Below, one piece after another: positions 1-10,710 of a DNA stretch of 64,000 nt. Positions within the stretch are counted from its first letter, which is position 1. Each line of letters opens with the position of its first letter. The translations under genes were made by a program, and so were the position numbers. Below the pieces are notes generated by a model. The model did not search any database and was not told the DNA's origin. It worked only from the letters and a program-made list of their open reading frames with translations. The DNA is from Octopus vulgaris (lineage: Eukaryota), in NCBI GenBank assembly GCA_951406725.2, contig OX597830.1, positions 22,382,001 through 22,446,000 on the forward strand. The letters run 5' to 3'.

Positions 1-1099
1 TAGTGTAGATTTAAATTTCCAGAGATATGAGGAGGAATTTCATACTCACAGACGATGAATTTATCCATGGTTAATCCACAATCATTTCATGCTATATGAT
101 AAGGTATTTGCCACATTACTGTTCTCCACGCAAAACTGCTATGTTATGACTTCTAAAAGCTGAAGGAATTTTTTGTGGGGCAAAGAAAATAAAAGAAAGG
201 AAAAAGGAGAAAAGAGACAAGGAAAAAAGAAAAAGAAAAAGGAAAAGAAAAACGGGGAGAAGAAAAGAAAAAGAAAAAAAGAAAAAGAAAAGGAAAAAAA
301 GAAAAAAGGGGAAGAAGGGAGAAAAGAAAAAACGCCCACATAGAGTATACTGTGACAACTTAGAGGGAAAGGGGGTTCTAAAGTGACCAACTACAGAAGA
401 ATTTGTAGCCGGCCTGGCTAGCTTGAATTTGTAAGAATCCAGGAACTATGAGGAGAAAATTACTTTTGACCAGTAAAAACAGCTATTTATTGCCAACCTG
501 ACGTAGTTGAAAGCAGATATGAATCTAAAGAGAATCTAAAGAGATAACAAGGTCAGGAGTAGAGGGGTCAAAGCTATCATCAAAGGGAATACATTAAGAG
601 AAAAAATCTAAGTGCAACCTTAACAAGAGGTCATTTAAATTTATTTATTTATTCCTGTTACTGTCTTAAATTGTTGCCGTTACTATCTATACATTGACAG
701 ACTACCGGTCAAAATTTAGAATATAGTTAACAAGGTGTGATGGAATTGTCTATTATATTGAAATTTCTCATACTACTTTCAAGGGAGTAGCCTTACTTAT
801 TTAATTTTGTAATAGAATTGTGAAGCCTTAGTAACTTATTTTATTAAAGTTGTGTTACCTAAATTAGATTAAGTTCAAAATTAAAATTAAGATTTAAGAA
901 TTAAATAAAACTTCATTTAAGCAACGTACAAGTACTATTTATTTCCTTATGCTCAAAACTCAGGTGCAGTTATAAAGAAAAAGATAACTGTAGTGTGAGA
1001 ACTCGCAGTTATCTACTTAAAAATTAAAGTAATGCTATACTAGTAAAAACCAAGCTATATCTATCTATCTATCTTGTTATGATTATTCTATACATTTAT

Positions 1100-2940
1100 T
1101 CATTTAAAATATTTTAGAGTCTTCAGTTTAGCGTGGACACAAACTTGACCCAATTCGATATGGTTATTTAACAAGCCTTAATATTTTCTATGCCTTAGAA
1201 TTTCATACGTCTCCATGGAGCAGAGTTGGCAACCAACCCTGTTATTTTTATACGGCATTGCTCTCCTAACTATTTCCCAATTAAGGTTGTAATTCCTGTT
1301 TTTATTTTTGAGTTCCCAGATCTTATTTGAAAGTGTGGTGGTACCAGCTTTATGACGTAATTTAAAAGATGAGACGTGATTTCTAACTCTTTTTTTAAAA
1401 TTTATTGTACAACCAATGTAAAAAAAATTGTTATTCTCAGTAGATATGGTACATTTATAGATTACGTTATTTTCCCCGCATAGACCAGGTGCCGGGCATT
1501 TTGACTTAATTCTACACTTACACACAGGAGTAGCAACTTCAGCAGTTGGATTATTCATGGGTAGATGTCTTATGTTCCTGTTATTTTGATTATCATGAGT
1601 ATAATTATCTTTATTATTATTATTATTTTTATAGTTGGTGCCGTTATCTAAAGCATTGTTATTATTTACTGATCTTTTTGCTCCATCTTTCAGGTCTAAA
1701 GTCCTACCATGATTATTTACATTATTGGTATTGTTACTATTATTGCTAGTATTTTTATCTGACTGTATAATGTTGTTATAGATATCACTGATATTTTCAT
1801 TCTCTGTATTTTCCCTATTAGCCTTACTTCTATTATTAACATTATTACTTCTATTAATATCGATATTACTATTACTATTACTCTTATTAATGTTAATATT
1901 ATTATTAGTCATTCTGTGGTTACAGATTTCACCCATGTTTTGATAGTTACTATTGTTGGTAGTATTATAATAATAATTGTTATTGGTATTCATGTTGGTA
2001 TTATTATTTTTATTTCTATCTTTCCTGGCTAGTTTAATGTTGTTATTATTAATCTTTGCTATTAAAGTGGACATATTTGGGAGGGTTGAATAAGAAATCC
2101 TAACTGTTTTCTTAGAAATAATTCTATGATATCTATGAGAGATTGGGAAATTTTTTTCTAGAATTACTTTGAATTTGCTCTGTATATCCGATTGAATCGC
2201 ACAGTTGAAAGGAATATTCAGCCATATTATATCTTTCTTATTAAATTTCCTTGAATTAGAATCAGGGTTCTTAGAATTATTACTATTCATCCCACCAGAG
2301 TCATTGTATTTATTACCATTATTTGTGTGCATCTTTGATTTATCTAATTCTATTTTATCCGAGTTACCTATGATTTGGTCTATGCTTCTATTTGATTTGC
2401 GGTTACCGTGGATCTATTTCTACTTCTATTTCGGGCGTGGTCTATATTGCTGCTTATGTGATTACTGATAACTTCTTTATTAGGAATATGTAAGTTCCCC
2501 TTATCAATGAATGTAATCTTTTGGTTGTATCCTGCCTTAGTTAACGCTGTATTATAATGCTCAGAATGAGAGTTAAATATATCCTTATTGGATGATAATT
2601 TTGAAATTCTTAATGAAATATTTCTGACTAAAGATTCAATTATATTTGGGGGATGATTGGATAATTTATTTACGTATCTCGTGATTTCGCCTTCTTTTCT
2701 AAATGGGTAATGCAGCTTGGAGTTAAGGTCTAACGTAATATCTAGGAAGTTAACTATTTTAGTGCCAGGCTCATACGTTATGCTGAGGTTGAAATCCTTA
2801 AAGAACTTATTAATTTTCTTTCTAATCCTTTCTATACTAGATTTATTATTACTAGGGATAACAAACAGAGCATCATCCCTATATAAACCACCTTGTAGTT
2901 CCGGGATATCCTTACTTATGCATAGTTTTCTGGTGCATCT
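1100..2940 (-). mobile_element. Penelope-like retroelement (Naiad-type), 5'-truncated RT + Asn-rich linker + GIY-YIG endonuclease, degenerate
   Basis: Minus-strand translation gives RT motifs GGLYRDDALF, VNFLDITLDL and SNHPPNII (2640-2900). These are followed by WLNIPFN, ISYSTLPNM, CKCRIKSKCP, VIYKC...YIGCT..FKKR...H, LSNKIWELK and CQLC. After one in-frame TAA at 1178 it continues GLLNNHIELGQVCVH to TGA at 1100. Confidence 0.9.
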
Positions 2941-2994
2941 AAGTTAAGTACCATATTCAAGTAAATTCATTGGAATTGACTTGAATCTTAATTG

Positions 2995-3045
<51 letters not shown>

Positions 3046-4018
3046 TATAAAATTCGAGGAAAAAAACCTTACATTGAATAAAACACATATTGTCATTAAT
3101 AAAGAAAATATAATTAATACATGGAAATTGAAATTAAAATGTCAAAATACATTAAAATATTACACGGCAGTACATATTCATATTAAACTATACATATATA
3201 CATCAACATACACAAATAGATGCTTGCAGACCATGTACATATACAGACGTATAAATATAAAGCTAAAATATACAAACAAATGCATGTTCACATATGCATA
3301 CACAATCTAGTTTGCACGCAAAACCACTGTATCTATAAAGACTATAAGCTAAAATCATGGATATAAAGTTGAAGACATGGGTAAGGGAGGGGGGGACGTA
3401 AAGTTACATGACTCCACAAGTAATGAAAAGTAAGAGAGAGAAAAAAGGGAAGAGAGGGAAAAAAGAAGAAAAAGGGGGGGGAAACGAAAGAAGAAAAATT
3501 ATGTATACAAACTGTGTAAGCACATATACTGCCACATATATATAGAGACAAGTACGCAAACACACAAGTTCAAGTGGATACATACACATACAATCGTGTA
3601 TGTATGTGCTTAAGTACAAACATACGCTCACTTACACATATACAAAGATGTATGCTTACAAATACATATTCGTGGCTTTACACATATTTACATCAAAATG
3701 CCTAGGTTCTGACAACATTGATTTTTTAAAAAATGGTGAGTGTAATAATAAAAAATTATATGAAAGACATGTAAAATATAACACCCTATTTCGGATCATC
3801 TATAAATTAAATATCAAAGTAAGCCTATACAATATAATAACATGAAATAAACTAAGTCGAAGGTTTTTCCTAAGGAATATGTAGAAATATAAACAAAATA
3901 TATGCACGAGACTTTGCTATACGGAATGAAATCTGCATAGCGCGAAACAAATCCATCGGTGCGTTTACAGACTAGTCCAAGAATCAAAATTCAAAAATAC
4001 AAAAAGATAAAATATACT

Positions 4019-6490
4019 CTATCCATATGGGATATTTATGTTTGAGATTTTAAATTTGGTTGCATGCCTGCATGAGTTCATCAGCTCACTTCTTTGATTC
4101 AAAGAATTATTGTCTTTGAATAAAATATAAAGTTTCTCTAACAGGCAAAGATTGCACTTAAAATTTTTCTTGTGTGCTCCATGTCTGTATGGTACCGCTC
4201 TGTCCAGAATGCTCCATGTAACGTTAAAAGGTGGGGTTTCCTTTTCTTTTAGTTCCCAGACATATTTTGCTAGGCTGGTCCTCTTCCTATTTTCTGGGTA
4301 TCTAAATGCATTTTCTGAAGCCCCTGTATAGGTCTTGCATTCCGATGAGACTTCTATTTGTACCTTGGCTCTATAAATGACCCCTTTTACTAGACATTTC
4401 CCTTCCAACGGACTGGAGGATTCATTTTTACAATTGCATTTCTTAAGGGGCTCGGCACCATGCTTAATATCAATCAGATTCCTATTATGCTGGCTAATGT
4501 AAGAGATGAAATTTCTGCAACAAGAATAGCTAACCTTAAGGGTTCTTCTATTAAATATTCTATAGAATTTATGGTCCTGCTTAAAATGCCTAGAGGCTAA
4601 TTTCAAAAATTCCTTACCTATATTAGTCTTTACGGCCAAATTGAAAGCCGGGTTTAACCACAAAACTTTCCTGATCCTAGTTCTTCACGCAGCATTATTA
4701 CCAGCATCAAGCTGGTTGTACTGGATCTTCTCAGAGAATCCACTATTCCTTAATGTGCTATCGTAATAAGGTGCAGCATTATGGAATGCTGCCTCATCCG
4801 AAGAAATTGAAGATATTCTTCTACCTACATTGCCGACTAAGTTCCTAAGGATAACTGGCGGATGGTTCGAATCTTTGCTAATATACGATAGCTTGTCATT
4901 GGGCTTACGGTAAAGTTTAAATCTATCTGACCTTACATTAAAATTTACATCTAAAAAATCTAGACTTTTCAGGTTAGTATCTATTGTAACCCGTAAGCCC
5001 ATCCTTTGGAAGAAAGCAATAAGGTCCTTCCTGAGTCTATCTGATTCATGGCCGTTTAAATTATGGGTGGCTATAAGGCCGTCATCCCTATATAAATCTG
5101 CATCTATAAATGGGAATTCTATTTTTAGATTATGAAGAATAAAGGCTCTTATGAGCATACATAACTCTGCCCCGTCATATGCCCCCATCGGTACATCGAA
5201 AAGAGAATCCTCACTCTTCTTAATCCAGGTGGAATCCTCGAAAAAAAGAAGTGATTTCCTCGCACGCATAATAATATCAATTTCCGAGCTATCGATGCCG
5301 ACATACTGCTTGGCGAAGTCCAATGCCCTTAGGAGTAACGTCCTAGATATTGACGGGTAAAAGTCAATAATATCGAATTGTGTAAAACTGCAATTATTCT
5401 TATAGCTAATACCTTTAAACCACTCTATGACTGACTTACTATTTTTCCAAATTCTCAAGTCTAATTCACTATCTTAGTTAAAATACGTTCCAAAATATAT
5501 TTGCTAATAATGGCTATCTCAGTTTTAGCCGGATTTATCAATCTACATTTGGGGTTTCTATTACAATTGGCTTTATGGTCTTTTAGTGTAATAAAAGCTG
5601 GTCGTGGGGAAAGATATTCAATCCTATCACTAATCTTGAGATTGTTAACTATTCCTCTTGCTTCCAAATTCACCTCTTTGTATATATTTGCGTTATCTTT
5701 TTTGTAAGTATCTGTGACACTATTTGAAATCAAACGCTTATAAACGTCCTTATCAAGTGCATATAAGTTCCTTGTCTTATCAGAATTAATGAAGATCTTA
5801 TTCGAGTTGTTAATCTCCTTAATTTTTTCTTACATATTTCTCTGTAATTGGTTGCTATATTTGCGGAATTTAATTTTCCTAATAAGTTCGAAAAGGTCTT
5901 TCTCGAAGGCTTCTAATTCTGGAATAGGTGGTGGATTTCTGGGAGATTTAAGTCCATATTTGTTTCCGTCGGTTTTCTGTTTAGTATCAAAGAAGAAGGC
6001 TTTCCATCTCAATCTTCGAACAAACTCTTCCGTTTTCTCTATAAGACCTTTGAGATATTGCTTCCGTTCAGGGATAGGTATATTTTTCTGAGAAAAATCC
6101 AGCGGGTAAAGTTCCATCTTTTTCAGCTGTTTATTCTTCCTACTTGTGCAGAGTCGCTCAAACTTTTATAAGGAGCGGGTTAGACCGGAGTAACACATAA
6201 ATGTGAAACAAGGTCGAAAAAAGAGTACTCAAATACCAGTGGTAGAGTAATATGCTTTATTTAAAGCAGCATATTTATGTTTGACATTTTAAATTTGTTG
6301 CGTGCCTGCATGAGTTCATCAGCTCACTTCTTTAATTCAAAGAATTATTGTCTTTGAATAAAATATAAAGTTTCTCTAACAGGCAAAGATTGCACTTAAA
6401 ATTTTTCTTGTGTGCTCCATGTCTGTATGGTACCGCTCTGTCTAGAATGCTCCATATCACGTTGAAAGGTGGGGTTTCCTTTTCTTTTAG
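4019..6490 (-). mobile_element. Penelope-like retroelement (Naiad-type), near full-length RT + GIY-YIG, disrupted by stops/frameshifts
   Basis: Co-linear ORFs 6117-5830 (KNIPIP, RRLRWKAFFF), 5733-5461 (TLKDHK, CRLINPAK), 5458-4685 (FDIIDFYPSI, MGAYDGAE, LYRDDGL, FLDVNF, SNHPP) and 4663-4019 (WLNPAF, CNC..CL, CNLCLLEK, LNQRSE, CRH). 6272-6490 is a direct copy of the ORF 3' end (about 4035-4250), the pseudo-LTR arrangement typical of PLEs. Confidence 0.93.
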
Positions 6491-7681
6491 AGCATTTGGC
6501 ACTCATGCATTGAGGTTTTTGTATCTTAACTCATTGAATAAAAGTGACAGGTGACATCACGTGAGCATCCCATCTACTGGGCCAATTCCTTAGCTGATTG
6601 GTGCAGATCTTTGTGGATGAGCAGTGCTCCCCTTAGATAAAGCTGTTTGGTCATTCAGGAATCTGCCAAGTGGTGTTGTCATCTCCTGGTCAACACCAGG
6701 TGACCAATGTCCCAAATTGCCTGCATGCAGGTTGGGAGCTGCGGTTTCCAGTGACATCTTCAACCTACTGCCCCCCCTCCCATCATTACAGGGCTTGGGG
6801 AGTTGTGGATGTGGACAGGTCCTTTGGCTTGCATGATGGAGTTTTAAAGTGAAGTGCAATCTGTACAGAACTGGCCTTACCCTTTACACCCAGGGTTTAT
6901 CTGCTGTGGCTTAGCAAGCTGGGATGATGACAGAGAGGTGCTTGTCCTTCTCTTAGACAGGCTGCTGATCATGGCTAACAAGCCCTATCTGCTTGGAGCA
7001 GTCTGGTTATACTGCGCCAGACACCTGCAATCATCCTCTCCTGCTAGTTTAGATTCAGGTGGTACCATGGGGAGGTCAGAGTAGGACTTGGGATTTGCAT
7101 CGCTCTGTGGAAGTCTTAGCCCAGTATAGTGCTTGTCCAAACTAGCATTTGGTGACTATGTGGACCCCCGTATATTATGATATACCATTGTGGTATACGG
7201 GGGTAAAGTAATATCTTTTGGGTTAATAAGAGTCAAGGTAATAAACATCAAGAAATACGACGACAAAATAATATTGACTGCAACATTTGTTCTGTCACTA
7301 AAAGGAAATACAGCAACTGGTATAACATGAATAAATCTGTCAAATTAATACATAGCTACAAAGTACTTCTGATGAATGTTAGAAGAAAACATGAAGCATG
7401 GCATCATAGATTCCGGTTACAATTTTCTCCTCACTGAAGATGCAAAGATAAATTAAACTGCTGTTATAGCTGATGTTAGGATGATTGGCTAGTCTATCAT
7501 GTTAAGGGGTGGACAGCCTGTGTATGGCTAGATGGACTGGTACCTAAAGTTAAAGGGCCATTGTGTTTTCCGGAATTCTCAGTTGTTTTTGTTGCCAGGT
7601 GATGTGCCAGCTGTGATTCTTCGACGCGGTTGATGAAGCTGGTTCAAGGGAAGGTCGCAATTCGTTGACGGGGTCACCAAA

Positions 7682-8302
7682 TGTAGTGGTTATATGTGTA
7701 TCAATGAACATAGATGGAAATGGAATGTGTATGTAAACAAATACGTAAACCGATCCATAATTGAAAAGAATTTATTTTCAGTGTTTGATTCGTTATACAC
7801 TACATACAAAATGTAGGTACACTACATACAAAATGTAGGCAACTGCTACGAGTTGCTAGAAATACAGAGTACATTCGTGGAATTCATATTAGGAATGAAT
7901 GTATTTGTGTGTGTGCGTTGATCATTTGAAATAGTAGTCGATCGTAGCACTTCAAATCATTTCTCTCGGTCTCTGCCAAAACCTTCTGTAGGTGGACTAT
8001 CTCGTCTGTCTACCCCGTTTGTCTGCCCACCTCTCTTGTTTTACCACGGTTCTATAATATTTGTGGCAGCTAGAAAGACAGACATACTGCAGCAGAGTTT
8101 GTACCTAAATAGGTCAGCACCTGTCCAGTTGAACTTCGCCTGACATGACGAGGTCGTAGGTCAAAGGGAGATGATCAATCAATTTTTGATAGGACAAAGA
8201 AAACCTTTTTTCACACCTGTTGATCGTCGTGGTTTGGACGACCAAGAATTCTTGGATTCGGTTTCGAATCTCGACTTCGAGAAGGAAGTGTTAATTCTTA
8301 CA
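7682..8302 (-). mobile_element. LTR of gypsy-type element with adjacent tRNA-Trp PBS
   Basis: TGTAGTGG...TTCTTACA termini as in the LTR at 13157-13742. PBS TGGTGACCCCG (minus) at about 7668-7678. The leader 7612-7680 is nearly the same as 13087-13156. Confidence 0.75.
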
Positions 8303-8372
8303 CAGGAGTTTTCCAGTTCTAATTCATTGATGGGTGATGTGAAAGCAGTGATTCTTTGACGGGGTCACCAAA

Positions 8373-9078
8373 TGTAGTGGAAAAAGGTGTAGCACAATGT
8401 TGAGATCGCAGATGAAATAGGCATGTGGATGACTTCAAAGCAAAACAATGGAAAAATATTGGGTTGTAGTTTAAATAATTTATTTAAATGACACTTGCAT
8501 TTACTTGTATACACAAATATTTCACTTCATCACATGATTACCAACTGCTTTGAGCTGGTGAAGAAATTAACAGGGTACATACTGTGAATATGATTGGGTA
8601 GATCTGGACATGTTTTATATCTGTGTATGTGTTAGTCATTCAGTAGTGTCTGTTTAGGGTCTGCAACATCGTCTGTCGTTCATGTTGAATATCTGAGAAA
8701 TTACTGGCTGGGTATCACGTGGCATGTCTCTCTCTCTCTCTCCGTCCCTGACTTGACTATTTCTCTCACTAATTGTCGGTCTCAGAATCTGACTTTCTGA
8801 CTGACTGTACCTTGACGGATTGCCGTATTTATGAAGGTCATGGTAGCTAGGACAGACATACCACAGGAGAAATTGTACCTAAGTAGGTCACCTCCTGTCC
8901 ACTTGAACCCTAAATGACATGGCTGAGGTCAAAGGTTGAAGGAAACAATCCATCATTTTGTGACTGAACAAAGAAATTTCTTTTGCACCTGTTTGGTCAG
9001 TGGTGGATCAGACAAGTGAGAAACATTAGATTTAGTTTTGAATCTAAGCTTGGAAAAAAGGAAGTGTTAGTTTTTGCA
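8373..9078 (-). mobile_element. Second, diverged LTR with tRNA-Trp PBS
   Basis: Starts TGTAGTGG next to cggggtcaccaaa. It shares motifs (gtacctaa.taggtca, aggtcaaagg, gaagtgtta) with the neighbouring LTRs. Confidence 0.65.
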
Positions 9079-9199
9079 TATATGATTTTCCAGAATTGGA
9101 AGGCCCTGTAAAGGGAACTGGTTGCTTCTTTACACCTGTGGGGTGCAACTTGGGTGCAACACAATTTCCTTTCTTTAGATTCCAGAGACTACCAGTCAG

Positions 9200-10147
9200 G
9201 AACAAGTAACGCAACCTTAAAAAATATATATAACTCTTTATTTTCTTATTTACGAAAGAAGTTCGCTGGTATCTTGGTATCCACTAGATGCGAAATAGCA
9301 AGGCTGAATTTTAACGTTTGTAAGCTTGTTACAACAATTCAGCAGCAACAGAACAGGTATTCAACAGCAACAGAGCAGGTCGTCATGGCGCTATATAGGA
9401 AAACGCCCTAGTCATTGTCCCCTTCAGTCTCTAGCGCATGCGCATGAGGGAACTTCCCTATGCCTTTCCAGAAGGTTCTAGAAGGTTCCAACCCCGCACA
9501 TGCGCACTGAAGAAGGACGTTCCGCACATGCACACTGAAGAATGACGTTGCGTGTGCGCACACTAGAATATGGGACTCTAAAGCGGTTGCCAAAACAGTT
9601 TGTATATAGGCGGGCAACCTTGAAAAAAAAATTTTCCAAAGAAGAGGAGCATCTGCAGCTTTACCGCTCAACTCTCTTAGGCGTCTCAAAAATTCAGACG
9701 GAGTCCTATCTCCCAACTCCTCATTCGCCATCAATTCATTGAAGCGACTTTCCTTGCTTCTAGTATTCCGTTTCACCACTTCTAATCTAACAGATACATA
9801 AGTGGCATCTAGAGAAGGATTCGTAATAAGATCTCTGGCAGTAGTTGCAAGTTGAGGAGGCATACAACTATAAAGAATTTGCAACTGCTGCTCAGAAGAA
9901 ACACTATGTGCACAAAAATATGCCTCTAGTTGTGCAAACCAAAGTGCGGCATCACCCGTGAAAATAGGTAATAATGCCACAGACATGTAGTTTTTAAAAA
10001 TTTTACTAGATGAAAGGGAAATAACAACGAAAAGTTCTAGAAGGTTAGGTTCCAACCCCACACATGCGCACTGAAGAAGGACGTGTCGCACACGCACACT
10101 GAAGAATGACGTTGCGTGTGCGCACACTGGAATATGACGTCACTACA
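9200..10147 (-). mobile_element. Rearranged LTR-retrotransposon remnant with gag fragment
   Basis: Gag-like LPIFTGDAALWFAQLEAYF...EELGDRTPSEFLRRLRELSG...WKIFFSRLP, homologous to the gag at 11918-13038. It is flanked by about 100-bp direct repeats (about 9476-9571 and 10034-10136). The minus strand begins TGTAGTG at 10147. Left boundary uncertain. Confidence 0.75.
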
Positions 10148-10670
10148 GCCCCATGATGTGCAAGCCATTTATTTTGGGATTGATTTTATGGCACACTTCG
10201 AATGTATGCCTCGCAAATTGTTGAGCATCGAAGTTATGGTGTGATAGCCATTCCTCAAAAATATCTAGTGATGTTTGTACATCATGGTAGGTATTGTTCA
10301 TTTGTGAGAAATATTCTTTTTGTCTCTTATCTGTTCCCATATGGCTGTTACTTTTGTTTCGATGTTGTTTTCAATAGGTGCAGCTTGTATTATGTTCATG
10401 AGGTTGGGTGTATTTCGGTATATGTTGCCCCATTGTGTTCTGTATTGCGTTTTTGTAGTGGTTTTACAGAACCTAATGATGTCGCCCTTGTCAGTACTGC
10501 TGTATTTCTTCATAACTTTCTTGATAAAGTTATATCTTGCACCTCTGACTTTTTTTTTTTCCTTTTTCTGTGGTATTGTTGGTTTCATCCTCTTCGTCGT
10601 CTGAAGTGGGATTGGGATCGTAAAGTTTGTCTGTGAGTTTTTGTGCTGATGTTTCTATTTTGTCAGCAGC
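10148..10670 (-). pseudogene. Endogenous viral element: densovirus/parvovirus-like NS1 fragment (region just upstream of SF3 helicase Walker A)
   Basis: Frameshifted reading ...RYNFIKKVMKKY...YHDVQTSLDIFEEWLSHHNFDAQQFARHTFEVCHKINPKINGLHIMG resembles the segment before GxxxxGK[T/S] in densoviral NS1. This is recognition from memory. The Walker A itself is cut off by an insertion. Confidence 0.7.
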
Positions 10671-10710
10671 TATGTCCACGTCTTTTTGTCTGATGACATT
10701 TTTGTCCAAC

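Noticed and set aside
116-390. Phe-rich ORFs (also 3342-3631)
   Set aside because: Polypurine/pyrimidine tracts downstream of the PLE ORFs, not coding.
4685-4687. In-frame TGA in the Naiad-type PLE as possible selenocysteine (some Naiads are reported to encode selenoproteins)
   Set aside because: It falls in a basic linker (AA*RTRIRK), not at a conserved Cys, and is probably CGA>TGA. The element also has frameshifts. The stop at 1178 in the other PLE is TAA.
6540-7140. GC-richer segment, possibly a gypsy 3' region with a PPT-like run
   Set aside because: No motif clear enough to assign.
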